From: Curvularia clavata | Taxonomy: Eukaryota | Assembly (NCBI GenBank): GCA_023920165.1 | Contig: CP089277.1 | Span: 4,278,001 to 4,342,000 of the forward strand | Reading direction: 5' to 3' | DNA length: 64,000 bases | Part shown: positions 32,731-47,700 of the stretch, piece by piece | Layout of the letters: each line of letters starts with the position of its first letter | How positions within the stretch are numbered: the first letter of the stretch is position 1 | Position numbers and translations under genes: made by a program | The notes under the pieces: generated by a model | Databases searched by the model: none | The model's input: the letters and a program-made list of their open reading frames with translations, nothing else | Told to the model about the DNA's origin: nothing

Positions 32731-35700
32731 GACTGCACAAGATGCTATTCCCGCCACCGAGTACAGCGGGCCGGTCGAGCAGTCGTTTGCACAGGGCCGT
32801 TTGTGGTTCTTGGATCAGCTTACGACCGGCGCATCGTGGTACCTAATGCCACTTGCGGTCCGCATCCACGGGCCGCTCCGCGTACAAGCCCTTTCCAGCG
32901 CCCTGCATGCTTTGGAGCAGCGCCACGAGACGCTACGAACGACGTTCGAGCAGCAAGACGGTATAGGCGTGCAGATTGTCCACCCAAGCAGCAAGAGGGA
33001 GCTGCGCGTCATCGATGTGTCGGATAAGCAGAACGGCGGCTACGAGCAGGTGTTGAAGCGAGAGCAGACAACACCCATCGACTTGGCCAAAGAGCCTGGA
33101 TGGAGAGCCGTGCTGCTACGAGTGGGCGACGATGAGCACATGCTCTCGATTGTCATCCACCACATCATATACGACGGTTGGTCGCTGGGCGTACTGCGTG
33201 AGGAACTCGGCGACCTATATGCGGCGGCGCTGCGAGGTCCCGATCCACTCGCACACATGACCCCGCTCCCGATCCAGTACCGCGACTTCTCCGTTTGGCA
33301 GAAGCAGCCACAGCAAGTGGCGCAGCACCAACAACAGCTCGCGTACTGGACAAAGCAGCTTCAAGACAGCGCGCCTGCAGAGCTGCTTACCGACTTCCCC
33401 CGCCCTGCCGAGTTGTCTGGCCGTGCCGGCGAGGTTCGTTTCACTATCCAAGGCAGTGTCTTCGACAGCCTGCTCGCTTTTCGTCGCGTCCACCAGACGA
33501 CATCATTTGCAGTGCTACTAGCCGTCTTCCGTGCTGCCCACTACCGTCTCACCGGCGCAGAAGACGCCACAATCGGCACGCCCATCGCTAATCGTACTCG
33601 TGCTGAGGTCGAGAAACTCATTGGTTTCTTTGTCAACACGCAGTGTATGCGCATTGCTGTCGCCGACGATGACACGTTCGCATCGCTCGTCAGTCAAGTC
33701 TGGTCCGTCGCGACTGCCGCATTCGAGCATCAGGATGTCCCCTTTGAGCGTATCGTGTCGGCGCTCCTGCCCGGCGCCAGAGACACATCTCGCAACCCGC
33801 TGGCCCAGCTCTTGTTTGCGCTCCATCTGCAGCAGGACCTCGACAAGATCAATCTCGAGGGCTTGGCCTGCGAGACTGTACCTACGCCAATGGCGACTCG
33901 TTTTGACGTCGAGTTCCATCTCTTCCAGGAAGACGACAGACTGAACGGCGTCGTCAACTTCTCCACGGACCTCTTCGAGCCCCAGACCATCCACAGCCTG
34001 GTCTCTGTCTTTCAGGAGATCCTGCGCCGCGGCCTCGACCAACCACAGGTGCCTATTGCGCATCTCCAGCTGACTGATGGGCTTGGAGAGCTTCGCAATG
34101 CCGGCCTGCTGGACATTAAGAGGACCGACTACCCGCGCGAGGCGAGCGTTGTGGACATGTTCCAAAAGCAGGTAGCCGCTTGTCCTAACGCGCCTGCCGT
34201 CAAAGACTCGACCTCGCAGCTCACGTATGCTCAGCTGGATCAGGAGTCTGACAAGGTAGCCGCTTGGCTGCGCAAACGAAACCTTCCAGCCGAGACCTTG
34301 ATTGCGCTGCTAGCACCTCGATCCTGTGACTCCGTGGCTGCCTTCCTCGGTATTCTCAAGGCCAATCTGGCCTATCTCCCTCTGGACGTTAATGTCCCCG
34401 CTGCTCGTATCGAGGCAATCCTGTCAACCGTAGCAGGCCACAAACTCGTCTTGCTCGGACGAGATGTGCCCCTGCTAGATACGCAGCTGGCCGACCTCGA
34501 GCTTGTCCGTATCGGCGAGGCGCTGCGTGGCTCGAGTTCAGGAAGTGTCGCCGCCGACAAGGCTATTCGACCTACAGCAACAAGCCTGGCCTACGTTATC
34601 TTCACCTCTGGATCTACTGGCCAGCCAAAGGGTATCATGGTTCCTCATCGCAGCTTGGTCAACGTGATCACGCAGCGACCTGCCTATGGAAATGTCGCTC
34701 ACATGACAAATCTCGCCTTTGATCCCTCCCTGTTCGAAATGTGCACGGCCTTGTTCAATGGCAATACGTTGATTTGCATCGACACATTGGTAGCACTTGA
34801 TGCCACTCAACTTCCTACCATCTTCAAGCAGGAAGCGATTCGCGTCGCAATGATGACGCCGGCCTTGCTCACCAGACTCCTAGCCCAGGCTACCGACGCA
34901 CTGCGTGAACTAGAGGCAATCTATGTTCTGGGAGATCGATTCCCTCCGAAAGATGCTGCCAGAGCAGGTGAGTTTGTCAGAACGGCCGTGTACAATGCCT
35001 ACGGACCGAGTGAGAACTCTATCTGCACAACTCTCTTCCATGCTGCCACTGGCGCCATGTGCACCAATGGTGTGCCTGTTGGCCGAGTAATCAACAACTC
35101 GGGCGTATATGTTATGGATCCAAAGCAGTCGCTTGTTTCCTACGGCGTCATGGGTGAGCTTGTCGTCGTTGGCGAAGGACTTGCAATTGGATACACCAAG
35201 CCAGAACTCAACGAAGGCCGCTTTCTGACGCTTGCAATTGACGGAAAGCCTGTAAGAGCGTTTCGCACCGGAGATCGTGTTCGATATCGGCCGACAGACG
35301 GTCAACTGGAGTTTTTTGGCCGCATGGACTTCCAAATCAAGATTCGAGGTCATCGTGTCGAGTTGGCTGAAGTGGAACGAGTTTTGAACAGGCACCCTGC
35401 CATCAAAGACGCCATCACACTGCTGAGGCAGCACGGCTCCTCAGCACAAGACACAGAGCTTGTCAGTTTTATTGTGCTAGGAGAGCAGAAGCATGTTAAG
35501 CCCCATCGAAACGCCACTGACCATGGCGGAATGGAAATTGAGCAATTGGACCAAAAGTTAGAAGCAAGCCTGCGTACCATGATGCAGGCTACGCTGCCCT
35601 CCTACATGGTTCCCTCGAGAATCATCGTGCTAGGCCACATGCCGCTCGACAAGAATGGAAAGGTTGACCGACGAGGGTTGACAGGACTGACGCTGAGCCC

Positions 35701-38700
35701 AGTCATGGAAACAAGCTCGCGTGTTGTCGTGACAGCACGGAACGAGATCGAGGCTGTACTGTGCGAAGAGTTTGCTAACATCCTTGGTGTTGAAATTGGC
35801 GTCACTGATAACTTCTTCGACCTCGGCGGACATTCACTCATGGCTACTACTCTCGCTGCTCGCCTCGCTCGCCGTCTTAATGCTAGCATTTCCGTCAAGG
35901 ATGTCTTCGACCAGCCCATTGTCGCTGATCTCGCCGCCACAATCAAGCGAGGCTCGACTCCTCACAATGCAATCCCTCCATCTAAATACTCTGGGCCGGT
36001 TGAACAGTCCTTCGCACAAGGTCGCCTCTGGTTTCTGGACCAACTGAACCTTGGGGCTGCTTGGTATCATATGCCTCTTGCAGTGCGTTTGCGCGGACCT
36101 CTCCATCTTGAGGCACTCACTGCAGCGCTGCATGCCCTTGAGGAGCGCCACGAGACGTTACGGACAGTATTTGAGGAACAGGATGGTGTGGGCATGCAGA
36201 TCGTCCGGCCAAGCAGCAAGACGCCGCTGCGAATAATCGACGTGTCCACTAAAGAGCAAGGTTACGCCGAGTTGCTCAAGCAGGAGCAAACAACACCATT
36301 CGATCTAGCCACAGAGTTAGGGTGGAGGATCGCACTGCTGAGGCAAGGGGAGGATGACCATATTCTGTCGATTGTCATCCACCACATCATCTCTGACGGT
36401 TGGTCTCTCGATATCTTGTGCGAGGAACTTGGTCAGTTCTATGCCGCTGCGCTCCGTGGCCAGGACCCCTTAGCCCAAATAAGCCCTCTGCCTATCCAGT
36501 ATCGCGATTTCTCTCTGTGGCAGAAGCAGCCTGAGCAAGTTGCTGAGCACCACCGGCAACTCGAGTACTGGACCACCCAGCTCGAGGACAGCGTACCTGC
36601 AGAGCTTCTAACCGATCTTCCTCGACCAATCATACAATCCGGCAAGGCAGGCGTCATCCCGATAACCGTCGACGGCCCTGTATATGAGAATCTACGGGCC
36701 TTCTCTCGAACTCATCAAACAACCGCTTTTGCGGTACTGTTGGCAGCCTTTCGAGCAACTCATTACCGGCTCTCTGGGGTCGCAGACGCCACCATCGGCA
36801 CACCAATTGCCAACCGTAATCGACCTGAACTGGAGAATATGATAGGCTTTTTCGTAAATGCCCAATGTATGCGTATTACTGTCGAAGAAGACGATACTTT
36901 TGAGACACTCGTCCGCCAGGTCCGATCTACGGCAACTGCCGCCTTTGCCAACCAAGATGTACCCTTTGAGCATATCGTCTCAGCCCTTATGCCTGACTCA
37001 CGCGATACATCGCGAAATCCGCTAGTGCAGCTCATGTTCGCACTCCACGCGTACAAAGATCTCGGCAAGATTGAGCTTGAAGGTTATGTTGCAGAGCCTG
37101 TGCATACGACTCTGTCAACCCGCTTCGATCTCGAATTCCACTTGTTCCAGGAGACGAGTCACCTCAGCGGCTATGTACTGTATGCAACAGACTTGTTCGA
37201 GCCTGAGAGCATTGAAGGGATGGTTTCCATTTTCAAGGAAGTCCTCGCTCGAGCTCTTGACCAACCCCAAACGCCACTGGCGCTTCTACCGCTCACCGAT
37301 GGGGTGGCTGAGCTTCGTAGGAGGGGGCTGCTTGAGATTGAAAGGCCTAGCTACCCTCGCGAGTCGAGCGTTGTCGACGTCTTCCGTAGCCAGGTAGCGG
37401 CTTCTCCCAACGCAACCGCTGTGAAGGACTCGATTTCACAAATCACTTACGCTCAGCTAGATGAGCAATCTGACAAGGTCGCTGCTTGGCTACACCAGCG
37501 TAACCTTCCAACTGAAACTTTGGTTGCTGTGCTAGCGCCTCGATCTTGTCAAACAGTTGTGGCCTTCTTTGGTATTCTGAAGGCCAACCTAGCATATCTT
37601 CCCCTAGACGTCAATGTTCCGGCAGCTCGCATCAAGGCCATTCTCTCGGAAGTCTCTGGCCACATACTTGTCTTACTCGGATCTCATGTTTCTGCTCCCA
37701 AGATTGAGCTCGCTGATGTCGAATTCGTCAAAATTGACAATACAGTCGAGCACAACTTGCCGGGTCGCATTGGATCTGCTCCATCTGCCACGAGCCTCGC
37801 CTACGTTATTTTCACATCTGGATCGACTGGCAAGCCCAAAGGTGTTAAGGTAGAGCACCGCGGTATTGTCCGCCTCGTTAAAGAGAGCAATGTAGTAGCA
37901 AGAATGCCACAAGCTGCGCGCGTTGCTCACTTGTCAAACATTGCCTTTGACGCGGCTACGTGGGAATTATATGCTGCGTTGCTCAACGGCGGCACCCTCG
38001 TCTGTATCAACTATTTAACCACCCTGGATAGTAAAGAACTCGAAGCCGTATTTGAGCAGGAAAAGATCCAAGCGACTATGCTTCCACCTGCACTGCTCAA
38101 ACAGTGCTTGGTTAACATTCCCGCAGCTATCGGCGCACTAGAAGTGGTCCTTGCCGCTGGTGACCGTTTCGATCGACGCGATGCTGCAGCCACGCAGGCT
38201 CTTGTTGGAGCAGGCGTGTATAACGCCTATGGACCGACGGAGAATACAACACTCAGCACTATCTACAATGTCGTTCAGGGCGATGCCAATGTGAATGGCG
38301 TCCCGATTGGACGCCCTGTCAGCAACTCTGGCGCCTACATCATGAATATGAATCAGGAGCTCGTTCCTATCGGCGTCATGGGCGAGCTTGTTGTAGTAGG
38401 AGACGGTGTCGCCCGAGGATACACCGACCCAGCCTTGGACGTCAACCGCTTCGTCAACGTCACTATTGAAGGTCAAACCTTGAGGGCTTACAGAACTGGT
38501 GACCGTGCCCGCTACAGGCCCAAAGACGCACAGATTGAATTTTTTGGCCGAATGGATCAACAGGTCAAGATTCGAGGCCATCGTATTGAGCCAGCTGAGG
38601 TCGAGCATGCGTTACTCAACAATGACTTGCTTCAAGACGCTGCAGTCGTTATTCGAAAGCAACAAGATGATGAGCTAGAGATGGTTGCTTTTGTAGAAGT

Positions 38701-41700
38701 AAAGAGTAATGAGTCAATCGAACAAGAGACAAGCAACCAGGTAGAAGACTGGAGCGCTCAATTCGAGAGCAACGTCTACGCCGAAATCGAGGCAATCGAT
38801 GCCTCTGCTGTCGGTAACGACTTTATGGGTTGGACTTCTATGTACGACGGTAGCGCGATCGACAAGGCTGAGATGCAGGAATGGCTCGATGATACCATGC
38901 AGACAATACTTGATAGCCGACCAGCCGGCCATGTTCTTGAAATCGGCACTGGTACGGGTATGATCCTCTTTAATCTTGGTGAAGGGTTACAAAGCTATGT
39001 CGGTCTTGAACCATCTACTTCGGCGGCTGCGTTTGTTAATCGTAGGATTCAGACGCTTCCCGCTTTCGCGGGTAAAGCTGAGGTTCACGTGGGTACAGCG
39101 ACAGATATCAGCCAACTTCAAGATCTCCGCCCGGACGTAGTGGTTATCAACTCGGTGGCTCAGTACTTCCCATCGCCTGAGTACTTGGCTGAAGTCGTGC
39201 ACAATCTGGCCCAAATTCCTGGCGTCAAGCGTTTGTTCTTTGGAGACATGCGATCTTACGCCATCAACGACCAGTTTCTTGCAGCTAGGGCTCTGCACAA
39301 GCTGGGCGGACGAGCTACGAAGACTGATATGCGAAGCAAGATGGTCGAGCTGGAAAACTCTGAAGAAGAATTGCTCGTCGACCCTACCTTCTTCACCAAC
39401 CTAATGACCAAGCTTCCGGACCAAGTCGAGCATGTTGAGATTCTGCCAAAACGTATGCAGGCTACCAATGAACTCAGCGCCTATCGTTATGCAGCTGTGG
39501 TGCACATTCGCGATCCATCGAGACGAGCTCAGACCGTGCATGCCATTGAATCGAGCGCATGGATCGACTTCAGCAAATCTCAGATGGACCGCAAGGCCAT
39601 CATCAGTCTTCTCAAAAGCTCGGTAAACACTGAAGCTGTTGCTATCGGCAATATCCCCTACAGCAAGACTATCATAGCGCGACATGTCGTCCAATTGCTT
39701 GACGGAGACAATGCAGACGAGGACGTTGCGCAAGATAAACTTGATAAGCCCACCTGGATCTCCGCAGTTCGCTCCAAGGCCGAACACTGCCCATCACTAT
39801 CGGCCCTCGACCTTGTACAGCTTGGTGAGGAGGCAGGCTTCCATGTGGAGCTTAGCTGGGCTCGACAGCGATCTCATCACGGAGCAATCGACGCAGTCTT
39901 TCACCATTACCAGCCCGCTCGAGAAGGAAGCCGTGTTCTGTTTCAGTTTCCGACGGATACGTACCGGCGTCAGTCCGGTCCGCTTACAAACCGACCATTG
40001 CAGCGACTTCAGAGCCGGCGTATTGAAACAAAGGTTAGAGAAAAGCTGCGGGCCGTTTTGCCTTCATACATGATTCCATCGCTCATCGTGCTGGTCGACC
40101 AAATGCCCCTGAACCCCAACGGCAAAGTGGATAGGAAGGCATTAGAACGACGAGCCCGGGCAGTGCTACGGGTCGAAAAACCAGCTTCCGAACGTGTTGG
40201 TGCCCGTAATGAGACCGAGGCTGTACTTTGTGAGGAGTTTACCGACGTTCTCGGACTTGAGGTTGGTATTACGGATAACTTCTTCGACCTCGGTGGGCAC
40301 TCGCTTATGGCGACAAAACTCGCAGCCCGTATCAGTCGACGCCTTGACGCCCGCGTCTCTGTTAAAGATGTCTTTGATCAGCCTGTCATTGCTGACCTCG
40401 CCACCTCCATTCGCCGTGGTTCGACCCCTCACAATCCTATCACCCCAACCGAGTACTCTGGTCCAGTAGAGCAATCGTTTGCTCAAAGCCGTCTCTGGTT
40501 CTTAGACCAGTTGAATCTCGGTGCATCTCTATATCTCATGCCTCTTGCGTTGCGTTTGCGTGGACCTCTCCGCATTGATGCTCTCACAGCTGCGCTCTTC
40601 GCATTGGAACAGCGACACGAGACTCTCCGAACCGTCTTCAAGGAGCAAGATGGCGTAGGCATCCAAATCATTCAACCTAGCCACAAGAAGAAGCTCAGAG
40701 TCATTGATGTACCTGCGGGCGACTTTTCTGAGGCACTACATCACGAACGCACTGCCCCATTTGATCTCGCATCAGAGCCGGGCTTCAGAGTCGCACTTCT
40801 TCAGCTTGAGCCTTCTGATCATGTGCTGTCTATCGTCATGCATCATATCATCTACGATGGCTGGTCTATCGACATTTTGTGTCAAGAACTGGGCCAGTTC
40901 TACGCTGCTGCAATCCAGGGCCAAGATCCATTGGGAGAAGTGAGCCCGCTCCCAATTCAATACCGTGACTTCTCTGTCTGGCAGAAGCAACCTGAGCAGG
41001 TCGCCGAGCATGAGCGGCAGCTTGCGTACTGGGTCGATCAGTTGGCCGACAGTGCTCCTGCTGAGTTCCTTGCCGATCTCCCACGCCCACCCGTCTTGTC
41101 TGGTGATGCCGGACTGGTCCACCTCACTATCGAAGGCCCCATATATGACCGCCTGAAAGCCTTTTGTCGAGTGCACCAGACTACAACTTTTGCAGTGCTA
41201 CTAGCAGCCTTCCGCGCAACGCACTATCGTCTTACAGGTGCCGAAGATGCTACTGTTGGCACACCAATCGCCAACCGTAACCGGCCAGAGCTTGAAAACT
41301 TGGTCGGATTCTTCGTCAATACTCAGTGTATGAGAATCATTGTTGGAGCTGATGACACGTTTGAGCAGCTAGTGCGCCAGGTTCGATCTACAGCAACAGC
41401 TGCCTTTACAAACCAAGACGTTCCTTTTGAACGCATCGTGTCAACACTCCTGCCAGGCTCTCGCGATACCGCCCGCAACCCACTGGCACAGCTCATGTTT
41501 GCTGTCCATTCTCTCAAGGACCTTGGCAAAATTCAGTTCCAGGGCCTTGTGGGCGAGACGATTCCCACGGCTTCTTTCACTCGATTCGACGTCGAGTTCC
41601 ATTTGTTTCAGGAAGTCGGTCGTCTCAGCGGAAATGTGCTCTTCTCGACTGATCTATTCGAGCCGGAGACAATCCAGGGCATGGTCTCTGTGTTCATGGA

Positions 41701-44700
41701 GATCTTGCGCGGAGCTCTTGACCAGCCTCAGATCCCCATTGCCGTCCTACCGCTCACAAACGGCCTCACGGAGCTTCGCGACAGAGGCCTGTTTGAAATT
41801 GAGCAGCCTCAATATCCCCGCAACTCGAGCGTTGTCGACGTTTTCCGCGCTCAGGTCGTTGCTTGCCCAGATGCAATCGCTGTGAAAGATTCGACGTCGC
41901 AGCTCACCTACGCCCAACTTGACAAGCAGTCCGATGAGGTGGCTGTATGGCTACATCAACGAAATTTGCCAGCAGAATCCCTTGTTGGCGTGCTAGCACC
42001 CAGATCATGCCAGACTATCATTACCTTCCTCGGTATTCTGAAGGCCAACCTAGCGTATCTCCCGCTAGACGTCAACGTCCCGGCAGCCCGTATTCAGGCA
42101 ATCTTATCGTCCGTTGCAGGGAAGAAAATCCTCCTGCTTGGTTCTGATCAGTCTCAGCCGGAAATTCGGCTTGATGACGTCGAATTCGTACGAATCAATG
42201 AAACGATGGACCACAGCATGGCGAAGGATAATACTACCCGCTCTGGACCCTCAGCTACAAGCCTTGCTTATGTTATATTCACTTCCGGATCCACTGGCCA
42301 GCCGAAGGGCGTCAAGGTGGAACACCGCGGTATTGTTCGCCTCGTCAAGAACAGCAACGTGGTAGCAAAGATGCCAGAAGCGGCATGTGTTGCACACCTC
42401 TCAAATCTTGCGTTTGACGCCGCGACATGGGAAATCTACGTTGCGCTCTTGAACGGTGGCTCGCTCATCTGTATCGACTACTTCACCACGCTAGACAGCA
42501 TGGTCCTCGAAGCCGTTTTCGAGCGAGAAAAGATCCGTGCAGCCATGTTCCCACCAGCGCTTCTGAAACAATGCCTACTCAATATCCCTACGACCATTAG
42601 CGCGCTAGATGTTATTCTCGCTGCTGGTGACCGATTTGATAGGCGCGACGCTATTGCGGCGCAGGCGCTTGTTGGAGGTGGTGTATACAATGCCTACGGT
42701 CCTACGGAAAATACTACGCTTAGCACAATATACAACGTTGTGAATAGCGATCCAAACGTCAACGGTATTCCAATCGGACTTCCTGTCAGCAACTCTGGCG
42801 TGTATATCATGGATCCCAACCAGCAGCCTGTCCCGTTGGGCGTCATGGGAGAGCTTGTTGTGGTTGGCGATGGTGTAGCCCGAGGTTATACTGATCCAGC
42901 TCTTGATGTTGATCGTTTCATCAAGGTTGAAATCGATGGCCAGATGGTACGAGCCTACCGCACTGGTGACCGTGTTCGACATCGACCCAAGGACGGTCAA
43001 ATTGAGTTCTTTGGCCGAATGGATCACCAAGTCAAGATCCGAGGACATCGTGTCGAATTGGCTGAGGTAGAGCACGTCATCCTAGATAACAGCTTAGTTC
43101 AGGACGCTGCAGTCATTGTCCACAAGCAAGCTGACCAGGAGATCGAAATGATCGCATTTGCTGTAGTCCGGGGCGATAACGATAGCAAGCACCCAGAGAA
43201 GGATATCCTGGATCAAGTGAAGGTCTTGCTTCCATCATACATGGTACCAGCTCAAATGGTGCTGCTTAACAGCATGCCTCTCAACGCCAACGGCAAGGTC
43301 GATCGCAAAGAGCTTGCTAAGAGGGCGGAGACTGTGCCGCGAAGCGAGATGGCATACGTCGCTCCAGAGAGGATTCCGCCTCGCAATGAAATCGAAACAA
43401 TTCTTTGCGAAGAATACGCCGAGGTCCTTGGCGTCGAGGTTGGTGTCATGGACAACTTTTTCGATCTTGGAGGGCACTCTCTCATGGCGACCAAGCTTGC
43501 AGCCCGTGCCACTCGTCGACTTGATGCAAAATTGTCCGTTAAGGACATTTTTGATTATCCAATTTTAGCCAACCTTGCAGCAGCGGTTCAACGAGGCTCG
43601 ACTCCACATAATGCGATTCTCGCAACCACATACTCCGGACCAGTTGAACAATCATTCGCCCAGGGGCGCCTGTGGTTCTTGGACCAGCTTAATGTTGGCT
43701 CGAATTGGTACCTTCAGCCAATTGCCATACGCATACATGGATCACTCAATATTAACGCGCTCACTACCGCGCTGCATGCCCTAGAACAACGTCACGAGAC
43801 GTTGCGCACCACTTTTGAGGAAGAGGACGGCGTTGGTATGCAGGTCGTCCAAGAATATGAACCGATGGAGCTCAGGATAATGGATATTGCTACCGATTAC
43901 GATGGCGATTATACAGAAGCGTTGAAGGGAGAGCAGACGACCCCCTTCGATCTAGAGTCGGAGCCAGGATGGAGGGTATCGCTGCTCCGTATGAACGACA
44001 ACGATCACATCTTGTCTCTGGTTCTACATCACATCATCTCCGATGGATGGTCTGTCGACGTTCTACGCCAGGAGTTGAAGCAATTCTATGCCGCTGCACT
44101 CCAAGGCCTGGATCCTCTGTCAGGGGTTGATCCACTCCCCATCCAGTATCGCGACTTCTCTCTCTGGCAAAAGCAGCCAGAGCAAGTTGCTGAGCACGAA
44201 CGACAGCTCAAGTACTGGGTTGAGCAGTTGGCTGACAATTCCCCTGCTACGCTTCTTGCGGACCGGCCACGTCCATCTGTGCTGTCGGGCCAGGCCGGCT
44301 CGGTCCCGCTCTCTATCGAAGGTCAGATCTATGAGAAGCTTCAGGCCTTCTGCCGAGCTCATCAAACGACCTCCTTTTCCGTTTTGCTCGCTGCCTTCCG
44401 AGCTGCTCACTTCCGCCTGACGGGTGTTGACGACGCGACGATTGGCATACCGATCGCCAATCGTAACCGACCTGAGCTAGAGCACCTCATCGGCTTTTTC
44501 GTTAACCGGCAGTGTATGCGGATCACGGTTGGGGAAGATGATACGTTCGAATCTCTTATCCGCCAGGTTCACTCAACAGCCACTGCAGCGTATGCTAATC
44601 AAGACGTGCCGTTCGAGCGAATCGTATCATCCCTTCTTTCTGGCTCAAGAGACACATCTCGTAATCCACTCGTCCAGCTAGTATTCGCCGTTCACTCCCA

Positions 44701-47700
44701 GAAGAACCTTGGCAAGTTCGAGTTGCAAGACTTGACATCTGAGCCAGTTGCTGGGGCTATCTCTACTCGATTCGATGCGGAATTTCATCTATTCCAGGAA
44801 GAAGAGAGGTTGAACGGTGTTGTGTATTATGCAACCGATCTGTTCGATGCGGAGACTATCCAAGGGGTGGTGTCTGTTTTCCAAGAAATCTTACGTCGCG
44901 GCCTCAACCATCCACGAACGCCGATCGCAGCTCTGTCGCTTACGGACGGGCTGGATAATCTTCGCAAGATGAATCTGGTTGACTTCAAGCGGACTGACTA
45001 TCCCCGCGACTCTAGCATGGTCGACATTTTCCGCGAGCAAGTCGCTACCTATCCGGACGTGATTGCTGTCAAGGACTCGACTTTACAGCTGACCTACGCG
45101 CAACTTGATCAACAATCCGATGAGATAGCCACCTGGTTGCGAAACCAAAAAATGGCGCCAGAAACTCTGGTGGGTGTCCTCGCTCCACGATCGTGCCAGA
45201 CTATCGTAGCCTTCCTTGGTGTCCTCAAGGCGAACCTAGCCTATCTACCTCTCGATGTCAATGCCCCGATGGCCCGCATTGAGAAAATCATGTCTTCTGT
45301 GCCAGGTAGCAAGCTGCTTCTCCTAGGTTCTGATGTGCCTGCCCAGGAGATCCAGCTGCAGAATGTTGAGTTGGTGCGTATCGAAGACACTCTCGGTCAC
45401 GCTGCCTCTGCCGGTACAGCGACAACAGAACCCTCTCCAACCAGCCTAGCGTACGTCATATTCACATCTGGATCGACGGGTAAGCCAAAGGGTGTGATGG
45501 TCGAGCATCGAAGCGTCATTCGCCTCGTGAGAAAAGAAAGCAATTCCATGTCCAAGATGCCTTCCGGAGCTCGCGTTGCGCACTTGACTAACATCGCCTT
45601 CGACGTCTCAGCATGGGAGGTATATGCTACGCTTCTCAACGGAGGGACTCTGGTCTGTGTCGATTATTTTACTTCGTTCGATGCTAAAGCCCTCGGTCTG
45701 CTGTTCGAGCGGGAGCAGATTACTGCGGCTATGATCACGCCTACGTTACTCAAGCAGTGCATCACTATTGTACCAGAAGCTCTCCGCAAGTTGTCCGTTC
45801 TGTACACCGGTGGCGATCGCTTTGATAGGCGCGATGCTATCGCGACAAAAGCGCTTGTCAAGGGCCCAGTTTACAATGCATGGGGCCCTACAGAAACGAC
45901 AATCGTCAGCACAATCTATGAGCTTGCCGATGACGATCAGTTCACCAATGGTGTGCCTATCGGAAAGGCCGTGAGCAATTCTTGGGCCTATGTCATGGAC
46001 CTCAATCAACAACTCATTCCAGTTGGTGTCATGGGAGAAGCTGTCGTTATTGGAGACGGCCTTGCCCGAGGATATACAGATCCCGCCCTGGACTGCAACC
46101 GCTTTGTGCATATCACTATCGATGGCAAACGCGTGCGCGCCTATCGAACTGGTGACCGCGCGCGTTATCGACCTAAAGATGGCGAAATCGAATTTTTTGG
46201 GCGTATGGACCGACAGCTCAAGATTCGTGGTCATCGTATTGAGCCCGCCGAGATTGAGCATGCCATGCTTGGCTACAATGACGTCGTTGATGTAGCCATT
46301 GTCACTCGCCATCAAGATGGTGCAGGCTTAGAAATGGTTGCCTTTGTTACAGCTCACACTAACAAGTCTATCGAACGCAATGAAGCCACCAATCAAGTGG
46401 CTGGATGGGGGGACCACTTCGAATCGAGTACATATGCAGAGCTCGACACCCTTGTCCAGTCTGATGTTGGCAAGGACTTTGTCGGCTGGACGAACATGTA
46501 TGATGGCGGTGCGATCGATCAGGCCGAGATGCAGTCATGGCTTGACGATACCATACAGACGATTGTTGATGGCCAGCCTGCTGGTCATGTCCTTGAGATC
46601 GGTACTGGTACTGGTATGATCATGTTTGGTCTCGGGAAACAGGGACTGCAAAGCTACGTCGGCCTTGAGCCCTCAACCTCGGCCACTGCGTACGTCAACA
46701 GGAAGATCAAGACCGTTCCAATGGTAGCTGGCAAAGCCAAGGTATATGTCGGCACTGCAACGGAGGCGGCTCAACTCAAGGGACTCCATCCAGAAGTTGT
46801 CGTCATCAATTCTGTGGCTCAATACTTCCCTACGCCAGAGTATCTCCTCGAGGTCGTCGGTATCCTCGCTCAGATACCAGGTGTCAAACGCTTGTTCTTT
46901 GGAGACATACGATCCTATGCTACTAACAGGCAATTCCTTGCAGCCAGAGCCTTTCATATGCTAGGGTCCAACGCGAAGAAACATGACATCCGCCAGAAAA
47001 TGGCTGAGTTGGATGAATTCGAAGAAGAGTTGATTGTCGATCCCTCTTTCTTCACTGGTCTGGTCAGCCGACTACCAGGCCAGGTCAAGCATGTGGAGAT
47101 TCTTCCAAAACAAATGATCGCTACAAACGAGCTCAGCGCGTATCGTTATGCAGCCGTTGTTCATCTAGCTCTTCCCGAAGAGCAGCACATAGCGAAAATC
47201 GAAAAGGGCGCCTGGGTCGACTTTACAGCCACCAAGATGGATCGAAGCGCTCTTGTTCATCATCTGAAGAGCTCGTCAAACGCTGAAACTGTAGCTATCA
47301 GCAACATTCCATTCAGCAAAACTAATTTCGATTGTCATCTTCTCGCCTCTCTGGATGAGGACGAAGAACACTCGCTCGACGGATCCGCCTGGATCAAAAC
47401 TATTCATTCCAGCGCCGAACAGTGTCCATCGCTATCCGCAACTGATCTCGTTGAGATCGCTAAAGAGGTGGGCTTCCGTGTCGAGCTCAGCTGGGCTCGG
47501 CAAAAGTCTCAGAAGGGTGCACTTGACGCTATCTTCCACCAATACCAATCTCCCAAAGAAGGTAGCCGTGTTCTAATACAATTCCCGACTGACGACCAGG
47601 GTCAATCGATAGAGTCTCTTACGAACCGACCGTTACAGCGAGTTCAGAGCCGCCGGATTGAAACACAGATTCGTGAGCGACTACAGGCTATGCTACCATC